From contig CATYXQ010000005.1 in assembly GCA_958414825.1 (NCBI GenBank), positions 1,882 through 65,881 of the forward strand: a DNA stretch of 64,000 nucleotides, written 5' to 3'. Within the stretch, counting starts at the first letter, position 1. Each line of letters opens with the position of its first letter. Made by a program: the position numbers and the translations under genes. The notes beneath the pieces were generated by a model, which was given only the letters and a program-made list of their open reading frames with translations, was not told where the DNA came from and did no database searches. The DNA is from an uncultured Eubacteriales bacterium. GTDB taxonomy: Bacteria > Bacillota > Clostridia > Oscillospirales > CAG-272. Of the stretch, positions 31,813-40,593 are shown piece after piece.

Positions 31813-32292
31813 ATGGAAAAAATTGCAAGCTTTACGGTCAATCATCTGTCCCTTTTACCGGGGCTTTATGTATCGCGCTGTGACAAAATCGGCGCGGAAA
31901 CCGTCACGACATTCGACATGCGTATGACCCGACCGAATGCCGAACCGGTCATGGACACTGCGGCCATTCATGCCATCGAGCATCTCGGCGCCACCTTTTT
32001 GCGCAATGATCCTTTATGGAAAGACCGCACGCTGTATTTCGGTCCCATGGGCTGCCGTACCGGATTTTATATTCTGCTGTCTGGCAAACTTACGCCCTCC
32101 GACATCCACGACTGTCTGCTGCGGATGAGCGAGTTTATTTTAAATTATACAGGCGACATTCCAGGAGCCACGGCACATGACTGCGGAAATTATCTGGATA
32201 TGAATCTCTCTACGGCAAAATATTACATCCGAAAATACCGTGAAGAGGTCTTAAACGACTTTTCCGAAGAACGCCAAAAATATCCTGTGTAA
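31813..32292 (+). CDS. luxS: S-ribosylhomocysteine lyase
   Basis: The 159-aa ORF has the HAIEHLGATFLRN metal site and the GPMGCRTGFY motif. Confidence 0.93.
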   Translation: MEKIASFTVNHLSLLPGLYVSRCDKIGAETVTTFDMRMTRPNAEPVMDTAAIHAIEHLGATFLRNDPLWKDRTLYFGPMGCRTGFYILLSGKLTPSDIHDCLLRMSEFILNYTGDIPGATAHDCGNYLDMNLSTAKYYIRKYREEVLNDFSEERQKYPV

Positions 32293-32315
32293 ATTTTAAA
32301 ATCTAAGGAGACCGT

Positions 32316-32879
32316 ATGAGTTGGTTTGAACTGTTTTTAACTGCGCTTGCGCTTTCCATGGACGCGTTTGCAGCGGCAGTCTGTAAAGGACTTTCCGTAA
32401 AGGTAATGCGACCCAAGCATTTGCTGCTGACCGGCCTGTACTTCGGTGGATTTCAGGCGTTGATGCCGCTGATTGGTTATTATCTCGGCAAGCAATTTGA
32501 ATCATTTGTTACAAGCTTTGATCACTGGATCGCCTTTATTCTGCTCAGTGTGATCGGATTGAATATGATTCGCGAATCGCGCGGTCCTGCCGAAGAGGTC
32601 GATTGCTCATTCGGCGCAAAATCTATGCTGCCGCTGGCAATTGCAACCAGCATCGACGCACTGGCGGTCGGAATTACGTTCGCGCTGCTCGACGATATAA
32701 AGATACTGCCCGCAGTCGGTTCTATCGGGGTAATTACCTTTGCCCTTTCTGCGCTCGGCGTCAAAGTCGGCAATGTATTCGGTGCAAAATACAAATCCCG
32801 CGCCGAACTGATCGGAGGCATCGTACTAATCGGAATGGGACTGAAAATTCTGCTCGAGCATTTGGGAATATTCGGCTGA
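32316..32879 (+). CDS. mntP: manganese efflux pump MntP
   Basis: The 187-aa ORF has the duplicated motifs [12 protein letters not shown] and [12 protein letters not shown] typical of MntP. Confidence 0.88.
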   Translation: MSWFELFLTALALSMDAFAAAVCKGLSVKVMRPKHLLLTGLYFGGFQALMPLIGYYLGKQFESFVTSFDHWIAFILLSVIGLNMIRESRGPAEEVDCSFGAKSMLPLAIATSIDALAVGITFALLDDIKILPAVGSIGVITFALSALGVKVGNVFGAKYKSRAELIGGIVLIGMGLKILLEHLGIFG

Positions 32880-32894
32880 ATACATATCCAATAT

Positions 32895-32921
32895 AAAAAG
32901 GCGCCAATCGGCGCCTTTTTA
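32895..32921. terminator. bidirectional intrinsic terminator
   Basis: AAAAAGGCGCC-AATC-GGCGCCTTTTT sits between the convergent mntP and the TPM gene. Confidence 0.85.
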
Positions 32922-32934
32922 TATATATCCTGCG

Positions 32935-33819
32935 CTAAAATGACCGTCCGCCCGCGTGACCTCCGCCGCCGGAACGCCCTCCTCCGGAATGTCCTCCGCC
33001 AAAACCGCCTCCCCTATGCGATGTGCTGTTGGTATTATTTTGAATCACAGCTACGGTGACGGTTTTATTGACAAACCGATCATCCTGCTGAGTAAGATCA
33101 AGCGCGGTATACTTTTCAAGCGGATACACGGCGCCATGCTGCTTGGTTTTATAACGACTATATACGCAGATAACCGAAATCACGGAAACGACAAACCCGA
33201 TAAAGACAGACATCGGCAGCGCGTCGAGCAGACGACGGCCAACGCTTGGTTCAGCCTCATAATCAATACGGCTATAGTCGCCGTAATCCGATTCCTCCAT
33301 ATAATTGCCATCCGTATAGTCGGTATAACCATACTCACCGTATCCGTCGCTGCCAGGGACAAACGGATCGGCATTGGAAAAATACTCAGCAGAAAGCGAA
33401 CCGAACACTTGCGCCGCCTTTGCATATTCACCGTCTGCCATATAAACCAGAACCGTGTCTAAAATATCATCACTTTCACGGTCAGAAAGCTGAAAAGCCG
33501 CTTCGCCCTCATCTCGATTATACTGATACAGGTTGAACTCACGCGCCTGCATATCAATATCGAGCAAAATCATATCTGCCGCGTCTTTTGCGTAATCGGG
33601 CAAAGCCGACAGCATGTTTTCCGACCCATACTGTGTCACAACTACGCATAAAAGCCCGTTTTCCCGCAAAATCGCGTCAAAATCCGTTTCAAGCGTCTCC
33701 CGCTCTATATCGGTCAGCAGCTGCGCGCCGTCATATACAAACGTATATTCGGAGGCCAAAGCGCCGAATGTCAGCACGGCACAAAAAAGCAGCAAAGCTA
33801 TAAACCTGAACTTTTTCAA
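32935..33819 (-). CDS. TPM-domain protein (YdjH/YgcG-like) with TM helix and Gly-rich tail
   Basis: The 294-aa ORF has a TTG start overlapping the upstream stop. It contains a signal peptide, a TPM-like FVYDGAQLLTDIERETLE... segment, a TM helix, and the C-terminal HRGGGFGGGHSGGGRSGGGGHAGG tail. Confidence 0.7.
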   Translation of the reverse strand: MKKFRFIALLLFCAVLTFGALASEYTFVYDGAQLLTDIERETLETDFDAILRENGLLCVVVTQYGSENMLSALPDYAKDAADMILLDIDMQAREFNLYQYNRDEGEAAFQLSDRESDDILDTVLVYMADGEYAKAAQVFGSLSAEYFSNADPFVPGSDGYGEYGYTDYTDGNYMEESDYGDYSRIDYEAEPSVGRRLLDALPMSVFIGFVVSVISVICVYSRYKTKQHGAVYPLEKYTALDLTQQDDRFVNKTVTVAVIQNNTNSTSHRGGGFGGGHSGGGRSGGGGHAGGRSF

Positions 33820-34874
33820 AGCAGAAGCCCTCCAATCAGTGTGCAGAGCACGCTCACTCCGACAAGCAGCGAACCGAACAAGGCAAGCAGCTTGCCGCCG
33901 CTGACCGGAAGCTCACCGTAAATTTTTCCGGTATGGCCGTTCATCGCATACGTATACGTTTTTCCGCTTTTCTGATAGGTAAGAATCCAGAGCGGCATCA
34001 GGGCATAATCCCAGATATATTTTTCAAGGCGCGCATTACAGTTTACGCCGGTCACCGTTGTATACCCGGACATCGTACCAGACAACAACGTCGTTGAATA
34101 TCGGTTAATTCGCCCGCGCACCTCGTTTTCCACACGGTCACGTTCTATATTGCGTTTTTTAGCCAAAAAGCCGGACAAATAGGTCATGGTAAACTCTTTA
34201 AGCGCTTCCGGCGGGAAGGGCAAAATCCCCTCAAGCATTTTTTTATCGTCTCCGCTGTACGCACTGGTCGCAATATCCTCAAAATGAATGCCTCCGCGGC
34301 GAAACAAGCGATAATGCGAGGTCTCGGTATACAGTTTATTTCCGGCTTTCCAGGTCCGAACCCGTGTCGCGTTTGCAGAAGCGCTCGCGGTCACGTCGGC
34401 GTCAGTCAGCCAAAACGGAAAATACACGCCCCGAATCTGCTCGGCATGTGCCTCAGAGAAAAAATCACGCGGAACAAACCATTTTCTGCGGGCAAAAGCA
34501 AGAAACCGCGATTTTGCCTCTTCTTGGTCATAGGCAAACGGTATAATTTTATGCGGACGAAGCTGACCGGTCAGTCGCCCGGAACAAACCACAGGATTAT
34601 GACAATAGTAACAAATATCAGCCGCCGTATTTTCATCTGCAAAAACCTCTGCGCCGCAATTTGAGCAGGTATAGGAAAGAAGGCCGTCACAGTACGCCTG
34701 ATTTTCCGCCTCATCGCTCCGGCTTTCCTCAGCCGGTGCGCCGCCGTCCGTCCGATTGCGAATTTCTTCCTCTGTAAACTCGGACAGACAATATTCGCAC
34801 TTAAAGCGCTGGCTGGCCGAATCAAATGCAATGCCCGCCCCGCACGAGGGGCATTTATACGTCACAACCGACAT
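33816..34874 (-). CDS. zinc-ribbon membrane protein (YdjG-like)
   Basis: The 352-aa ORF has two CxxC...CxxC ribbons (YKCPSCGAGI...FKCEYC; YTCSNCGAEV...CYYCHNPV) and a C-terminal TM helix. Confidence 0.65.
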   Translation of the reverse strand: MSVVTYKCPSCGAGIAFDSASQRFKCEYCLSEFTEEEIRNRTDGGAPAEESRSDEAENQAYCDGLLSYTCSNCGAEVFADENTAADICYYCHNPVVCSGRLTGQLRPHKIIPFAYDQEEAKSRFLAFARRKWFVPRDFFSEAHAEQIRGVYFPFWLTDADVTASASANATRVRTWKAGNKLYTETSHYRLFRRGGIHFEDIATSAYSGDDKKMLEGILPFPPEALKEFTMTYLSGFLAKKRNIERDRVENEVRGRINRYSTTLLSGTMSGYTTVTGVNCNARLEKYIWDYALMPLWILTYQKSGKTYTYAMNGHTGKIYGELPVSGGKLLALFGSLLVGVSVLCTLIGGLLL

Positions 34875-34877
34875 CGG

Positions 34878-36149
34878 TCACTCCTCTTTTTTTCTGCCGC
34901 AGTTGGAACAAAACTTTCCATCATTCTCCGCGCCGCATGCACATATCCATTTCATGGGCTTCTTTGCGCCGCATTGCGTGCAGAAATTTCCCCGATTTTC
35001 TGTACCGCATGTACATGTCCATACCGTCTGAACAGGTTTTTTGGCGCCGCATTGCGGACAGAAATTTGCCTGATTTTCCGCGCCGCACACACATTTCCAT
35101 GTACCCGTCTGCGGCGCATTCGTTTTGGCAGACGCCGCTTCTCTTACCTGTTCTTTCATCTGCTCACGGTTGGTTTCGGTCGCAGCGCCCATAAAATTGC
35201 CCGCTGCACCCATTCCCATGCCCATCCCCATAAAGGCCTGCGCACTGCCGCCTTCATTGCTGCCGGCCGCTTCAAAACCGCGCGCAATCGAGCCCTGCAC
35301 ATACCCTTCACGCACAGAAGCATCTGAAAGCATTGCGCCCTTGTTGCGCATCTCAATGAGTTGTTTCGATTCGTCATCATAGGAAATGCTGGCAACACCG
35401 ACCGCCGCAACTTCAAATCCGCGGGTATTCTTCCACTCCTCATCCAGTTCATCGGCCATGTATTTGGAGAGTTCAACCGATTTTGAGGCCACGTGAGAAA
35501 TCCGCACGCCGTCCACTGACATTTTGTTGATAGCCGCCGAAAACGCGCTTAAAAATTCGGACAGGTACTGCTCATTGATGTCGTTAATATCCACATGATC
35601 GCTGTTTTTCGGAATGGCTTCCTTATAAAACAAAATCGGATTGGTAACTTTTACAGAATAGGTTCCGTGCGCGCGCAAAAACAATTCGGAATTGTAAAAG
35701 CTGTCAAAATAATTGACTGCCGCGCGTGTACCGAACTTGATCCCCTTTATTTCCTGGAGGTTGACAAAATACGCTTTCTGCGTATATGAGGGCGTACCTC
35801 CAAATTTAAAGCGCTGCCATACATCTTTCAGCGCATCCCCGAACTGACCGTTAAAGAGCGAGGGCGCCCCTTTGTTATCAACCTTATAATATCCCTCCTC
35901 AGCCGTATAGTCTACGATCTTTCCGCCGTCTACCAGCATCATAAACTGATTGGGATAAACATGAATGACAGATCCGTCGCTGATGACATCCTCCGTACCT
36001 TTCTTGTTGGAAGAACGCGCGCCGTTATGTACCAGAACGCCTTTGGTAAATACCGTTGTATCGCTCATTTCATAAGGTTCGATTGCGTCTAACCACTGAT
36101 CGCCGAGCGCACCGCCCAGCGCGCCGACCGCCGCTTTGATAATACCCAT
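34878..36149 (-). CDS. SPFH-like (virion-core/YdjI-like) protein with three C-terminal zinc ribbons
   Basis: The 423-aa ORF has the N-terminal MGIIKAAVGALGGALGDQWLD...VFTKG... segment typical of YdjI-family SPFH proteins. The C-terminus has three copies of W-x-C-x-CG-x-EN-x-x-x-FC-x-x-CG-x-KK. Confidence 0.7.
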   Translation of the reverse strand: MGIIKAAVGALGGALGDQWLDAIEPYEMSDTTVFTKGVLVHNGARSSNKKGTEDVISDGSVIHVYPNQFMMLVDGGKIVDYTAEEGYYKVDNKGAPSLFNGQFGDALKDVWQRFKFGGTPSYTQKAYFVNLQEIKGIKFGTRAAVNYFDSFYNSELFLRAHGTYSVKVTNPILFYKEAIPKNSDHVDINDINEQYLSEFLSAFSAAINKMSVDGVRISHVASKSVELSKYMADELDEEWKNTRGFEVAAVGVASISYDDESKQLIEMRNKGAMLSDASVREGYVQGSIARGFEAAGSNEGGSAQAFMGMGMGMGAAGNFMGAATETNREQMKEQVREAASAKTNAPQTGTWKCVCGAENQANFCPQCGAKKPVQTVWTCTCGTENRGNFCTQCGAKKPMKWICACGAENDGKFCSNCGRKKEE

Positions 36150-36311
36150 TGATTTGCCCTCATTTCCTAAAAATCAGAATACCGTTAGTTTTATTCTATC
36201 GTATTAACGCTGTTTTGTCAATCTTTTCGCAGTACGTGACCATAAAATCTGCGGCCTATACGTTCAACTGCACCGCCGACTTAAAAATTTTTATACATCT
36301 TGGTCTCGGAC

Positions 36312-36340
36312 TTGACATAAAGGAATTTTTATGCTAATAT
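36312..36340 (+). promoter_or_regulatory. promoter of tRNA-Ser(UGA)
   Basis: TTGACA, a 17-nt spacer, then TAATAT. It ends 24 nt before the tRNA 5-prime end. Confidence 0.6.
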
Positions 36341-36364
36341 AAAATTTACAGTTTATCCTCATAC

Positions 36365-36453
36365 GGAGGGATATCGAAGCGGTCATAACGAGGCGGTCTT
36401 GAAAACCGTTTGGGCGCAAGCCCACAAGGGTTCGAATCCCTTTCCCTCCGCCA
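36365..36453 (+). tRNA. tRNA-Ser (anticodon UGA)
   Basis: An 89-nt cloverleaf folded by hand. The acceptor stem is GGAGGGA/TCCCTCC, the anticodon loop is CUUGAAA, the long variable arm is TGGGC-GCAA-GCCCA, the T-loop is GGTTCGAATCC, and CCA is encoded. Confidence 0.93.
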
Positions 36454-36458
36454 TTTTT

Positions 36459-36511
36459 AACAGGAAACGGCTCTTAAAACCAATGGTTTTAAGAGCCGTT
36501 TCCTGTTTTTT
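36459..36511 (+). terminator. strong intrinsic terminator
   Basis: A 23-bp perfect stem (AACAGGAAACGGCTCTTAAAACC / GGTTTTAAGAGCCGTTTCCTGTT) followed by TTTTT. Confidence 0.9.
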
Positions 36512-36639
36512 GACAATTCATCCGTTGCACGATATTTTCTTGCGTTTCACATTCCGCGTTCGAAAAGATTTTTCAAACATCCTTCAAGACGCGAGCGCCG
36601 CTCTATGAAATTACGGCGTAGATATGCTCTCTTTTTAAC

Positions 36640-37176
36640 TTAATAATTCTCCGCGTTGATTTCAAAATAAGCCTGCGGATGCGCGCATACAGGACACACT
36701 TCCGGTGCATTCGTACCAACTACAATATGACCGCAGTTGCGACATTCCCAAACTTTCACCTCGCTCTTGGCGAAAACCTCCGCCATCTCAATATTCTTAA
36801 GAAGCGCACGGTAACGCTCCTCATGGTGTTTTTCAATAGCGGCAACCATGCGGAATTTTGCAGCAAGTTCCGGAAAACCTTCTTTCTCGGCAGTCCTGGC
36901 AAAGCCGTCATACATATCGGTCCACTCGTAGTTCTCACCCTCAGCCGCCGCTTTCAGGTTCTCAGAGGTATCGCCTAAACCCTCAAGCTCTTTAAACCAC
37001 ATTTTGGCATGTTCCTTTTCATTATCAGCCGTTTTAAGGAAAAGCGACGCAATCTGCTCAAAACCTTCCTTTTTTGCCTTAGAAGCAAAGTATGTATACT
37101 TGTTTCTTGCCTGGGACTCACCTGCGAAAGCCTCTTTCAAATTCTTTTCGGTTTGTGTACCTGCGTACTTGTTCAT
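36640..37176 (-). CDS. rbr: rubrerythrin
   Basis: The ATG at 37176 lies 8 nt after AGGAGG. It has a ferritin-like di-iron domain ([29 protein letters not shown]) and a C-terminal rubredoxin-like CRNCG...CPVC. Confidence 0.92.
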   Translation of the reverse strand: MNKYAGTQTEKNLKEAFAGESQARNKYTYFASKAKKEGFEQIASLFLKTADNEKEHAKMWFKELEGLGDTSENLKAAAEGENYEWTDMYDGFARTAEKEGFPELAAKFRMVAAIEKHHEERYRALLKNIEMAEVFAKSEVKVWECRNCGHIVVGTNAPEVCPVCAHPQAYFEINAENY

Positions 37177-37312
37177 TTTGTTTTCCTCCTTCATTTCTTC
37201 AGGGTTTTCACCTTTAGTCTTACAAATTGTAAATTTTACATCTGAATTTTCTCATTTTCGATTTTGACATCATCCGCACTTTAAAATTCAAAATCAGACT
37301 TATTTCATACTT

Positions 37313-39010
37313 TTATATCATTTTGTTCATACCGCAGGGATATGTGCTTTCCGATTGTTTTTTACTGCGGGTAATCAAATCATAAAAGCGGTATCCTCCG
37401 GAAAAATTATAACAGTCATAGCCGTTCTGCGAAAGTATACGACAGGAAATATAACTGCGAAGTCCGCTTTGACACATTACATATACCGGTTTATCCTTAG
37501 GAATTTCAGAAAGTCTTTCGCGCAAATCATCGACGGGAATATTCATAAATCCCTTGACATTCCCCTTTGCGTATTCCATCGGTGTTCTTGTATCAAGAAG
37601 CGTTACGCTGCCGTCACGGGGAAGCGCGTCAACTGCATCGTAATGAAATTGTTTTACCTTTCCGGTAACGATATTTTCAATCATAAAACCGGCCATATTT
37701 ACAGGATCTTTGGCCGAAGAATACGGCGGAGCATAGGCAAGGTCAAGTTCGGCGAGTTCTGTCGCTTTCATTCCCGCACGAATGGCTGTTGCAAGCACAT
37801 CAATTCGTTTATCGACGCCCTCATATCCCACAATCTGCGCGCCGAGAATTTTAAGCGTTGATTTTTCATAAAGCACTTTCATTGTCATCACTTTGCCGCC
37901 GGGATAATAGCCCGCGTGAGAAGCGGGTGACAACACCACACGTTCATAATCAATGCCCGCATTCTTTGCCGCGCCTTCATTGATGCCGGTTGAAGCGGCC
38001 GTCATATCAAATAACCGAATAATCGATGACCCTTGAGCGCCCTTATACGTGCTGTTTTGGCCGCAAATGTTATCGGCCGCAATGCGCCCCTGTTTATTGG
38101 CGGGACCTGCAAGCGACATAAGCGTCCGGTTTCCGGTCACAAAATGCTTGACCTCCACAGCATCGCCCACAGCATAAATATCCGGCACAGAGGTTTCCAT
38201 TTTGTCGTTTACGAGAATACTGCCCCTGAATCCAAGCTCTAACCCCGCGCTTTCGGCAAGAGCGGTGTCGGGCGTCACTCCGACGCTGAGCAATACCATA
38301 TCGGCAGAAATATCGCCGTTATTTGCGGTTTTGGTCAGAATCTGATCGCCGTCTTCTTCAAAAGCAGCAACCGCTGTGTTCAGCATCAAATGAACGCCTT
38401 TGTTTTCCATCTGTGCATGGATCGCACAAGCCATATCAAAATCGAAAGGAGCCAAGACATGATCGGCATATTCTAAAAGCGTTACCTTTAATCCCCGAGC
38501 GGCAAGATTTTCCGCCATTTCGACGCCGATAAATCCGCCGCCGATGATAACAGCGCTCTGCGGCTTTTTGTTCTCAATAAATCTATGAATTGCCAAAGTA
38601 TCTTCAATTGTACGCAGCGTAAAAATATTTTTGCTGTCTGCGCCCGGCATATTCGGCTGTGTGGGCTTTGCACCGGGAGAAAGAATCAGCTTATCATAAT
38701 GCTCCTCATAGGTTTTACCGGTATCAAATCCGCGGACAGTAACCGTTTTTTTGCCCGTATGGATCGCTGTGACCTCATGACGAACGCGTACATCGACTCT
38801 GAATCGATCCCAAAAGCTTTCGGGTGTCTGCAACGTCAGTTCTTCCTCATCGGTAATAACACCGCCGATAAAATACGGCAAACCGCAGTTGGCGTATGAG
38901 ATAAAACCCGTGCGCTCAAAAACAACAATCTCCGCATTTTCATCAAGCCGCCTTAACCGTGCGGCAGCCGATGCGCCGCCTGCAACACCGCCCACAATGA
39001 CTACTTTCAT
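37313..39010 (-). CDS. CoA-disulfide reductase / NADH-dependent persulfide reductase type flavoprotein with C-terminal rhodanese domain
   Basis: The 565-aa ORF has the FAD motif VIVGGVAGGASAA, the redox Cys in SYANCGLPY, a second Rossmann fold, and a C-terminal rhodanese domain with the active-site loop CQSGLRS. Confidence 0.85.
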   Translation of the reverse strand: MKVVIVGGVAGGASAAARLRRLDENAEIVVFERTGFISYANCGLPYFIGGVITDEEELTLQTPESFWDRFRVDVRVRHEVTAIHTGKKTVTVRGFDTGKTYEEHYDKLILSPGAKPTQPNMPGADSKNIFTLRTIEDTLAIHRFIENKKPQSAVIIGGGFIGVEMAENLAARGLKVTLLEYADHVLAPFDFDMACAIHAQMENKGVHLMLNTAVAAFEEDGDQILTKTANNGDISADMVLLSVGVTPDTALAESAGLELGFRGSILVNDKMETSVPDIYAVGDAVEVKHFVTGNRTLMSLAGPANKQGRIAADNICGQNSTYKGAQGSSIIRLFDMTAASTGINEGAAKNAGIDYERVVLSPASHAGYYPGGKVMTMKVLYEKSTLKILGAQIVGYEGVDKRIDVLATAIRAGMKATELAELDLAYAPPYSSAKDPVNMAGFMIENIVTGKVKQFHYDAVDALPRDGSVTLLDTRTPMEYAKGNVKGFMNIPVDDLRERLSEIPKDKPVYVMCQSGLRSYISCRILSQNGYDCYNFSGGYRFYDLITRSKKQSESTYPCGMNKMI

Positions 39011-39011
39011 C

Positions 39012-39338
39012 CTATGCTCCTTTCTCGATTTTCCCGCTATAGTGATGAATGCCGCCTATATCCGTCACATCCGTATACCCTAAACGCTTCAAAAAATGCG
39101 CAGCCTGACGACTTCTTCCGCCGCTTAGACAATGAACAAAAAGCGGTGTATTTTTATCAGAAATTTTATTTTCGGCGCTTTGAAGTTCATTAAGCGGAAT
39201 ATTCAAGCTTCCCGGAATATGTGCGTCGGCATATTCCTCGCGAGTACGCACATCAATCAATACGGAACCGTCCGTATTTTGCATTTTTCTTAACCCCTCA
39301 TTTATATCTGCGCTCCTAAAGAAGTTGAAAAAATACAT
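39012..39338 (-). CDS. single-domain rhodanese-like sulfurtransferase
   Basis: The 108-aa ORF has the active-site loop VHCLSGGRSRQA. Confidence 0.85.
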   Translation of the reverse strand: MYFFNFFRSADINEGLRKMQNTDGSVLIDVRTREEYADAHIPGSLNIPLNELQSAENKISDKNTPLFVHCLSGGRSRQAAHFLKRLGYTDVTDIGGIHHYSGKIEKGA

Positions 39339-39351
39339 ATTTGCTCCCCTC

Positions 39352-39663
39352 CTATTTCAGCATTTCCAAAAGCTCGGCTTTCGGACGGAAGCCTACAACC
39401 GTACTTACCGGCTTCCCTTCTTTAAATACCATCAGAGTTGGGATGCTCATAATTTGGAAAAGCGCAGCAAGCTCCGGCTCTTCATCTACATTGACCTTGC
39501 CTACCTTAAATCTTTCGGCGGCCTCTTCTGCAATCTCAGAGACAACAGGCGCGATCATGCGGCAGGGACCGCACCAAGACGCCCAAAAGTCAACCAGCAC
39601 AGGTTTGTCTGATTTTAAGACCTCATTCTCAAAATTTTGTTTTGTAAGTTTGATTTCAGCCAT
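39352..39663 (-). CDS. trxA: thioredoxin
   Basis: The 103-aa ORF has the WCGPC motif (FWASWCGPCRM). Confidence 0.93.
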   Translation of the reverse strand: MAEIKLTKQNFENEVLKSDKPVLVDFWASWCGPCRMIAPVVSEIAEEAAERFKVGKVNVDEEPELAALFQIMSIPTLMVFKEGKPVSTVVGFRPKAELLEMLK

Positions 39664-39783
39664 TACAGTTTCCTCCTTAAAGGTAATTTTTCATCTTCGG
39701 ATCATCATTCCTATTTGATTGACCCTATTTTACCATTTCATTTCAGAAAAAACTGTGACCAAGTCGCATTTTAAAAAAAATTT

Positions 39784-40446
39784 TTATTTCATCATTTGAA
39801 GCGCGGGAATGTCTAACAGCGTAATTCGCCCTCTTTTAAATTCTACCAATTTTTCACCTGCAAAACGTTTAAGCATCCGGGCAACGACCTCGCGTGCAGA
39901 ATTGGTGTACTGTGCAATTTGCTCATGTGTCATTTGTATGGTTTTAAGCCCTGTCCGCTCATATTCACCAATCAGAAAAGAAGCAAGCCGACGATCAAAA
40001 CCTTTAAATAAAATCATCTGCATTGCCCACATAACAGAAGAAAAGCGTTCGCTTAATAATTCATACATAAAACACCGAACATGTATATTTTGCTTCATAA
40101 GTTTTTCAAATGCATATGCATTAATAACCAGTACCGAGCATTCTTCGGCAGCCGTTATATGCGTATCAAATGTAATCTGACTTAAAATGCACGAAGCCGA
40201 AAGCGCGCAAAGTTCATTTTCGTGCAAACGGTAAAGCGTGATTTCACGCCCCTCTTCAGATATAACGCTAATGCGGAGTTCGCCGCTCAGTACCGCTGTC
40301 ATTCCGCTGCACTTTGAGCCGCCGTTATAGACGAACTGACCTTTTGTATATTTTTGTATCGTGGAATTCGTCTGAATAAGCTCTTTTTCGCTGTCTGTAA
40401 GCTGTTTCCAGAACGGAAGTTTTATAAAATAATTTAAGTCTGTCAC
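39784..40446 (-). CDS. Crp/Fnr-family transcriptional regulator
   Basis: The 220-aa ORF has a cNMP-binding-like beta-barrel and a C-terminal HTH (MTHEQIAQYTNSAREVVARMLKRF). Confidence 0.85.
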   Translation of the reverse strand: MTDLNYFIKLPFWKQLTDSEKELIQTNSTIQKYTKGQFVYNGGSKCSGMTAVLSGELRISVISEEGREITLYRLHENELCALSASCILSQITFDTHITAAEECSVLVINAYAFEKLMKQNIHVRCFMYELLSERFSSVMWAMQMILFKGFDRRLASFLIGEYERTGLKTIQMTHEQIAQYTNSAREVVARMLKRFAGEKLVEFKRGRITLLDIPALQMMK

Positions 40447-40559
40447 TGTAATTTGCCTCCGTTTTCAATTGAAGATAAAAAACCGCAAGCAGCATGGCAC
40501 AAGAACCGGTACGCGGTCTTGACATGACGACGATCTCGATTCGTTTTCAACATATACCG

Positions 40560-40588
40560 ATTATAACACAAGCATTGGCTTATTTCAA
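40560..40588 (-). promoter_or_regulatory. promoter of the Crp/Fnr gene
   Basis: The minus strand reads TTGAAA, a 17-nt spacer, then TATAAT. It lies immediately downstream of the MATE terminator. Confidence 0.6.
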
Positions 40589-40593
40589 GACAT

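Noticed and set aside
32293-32315. A yybP-ykoY (manganese) riboswitch in front of mntP.
   Set aside because: Only 23 nt separate luxS and mntP, too short for the aptamer. mntP appears co-transcribed with luxS.
36365-36453. Possible selenocysteine tRNA, because of the long variable arm.
   Set aside because: The anticodon is UGA (reads UCA, Ser), not UCA. The acceptor stem is 7 bp and the D-arm is class II Ser-like.
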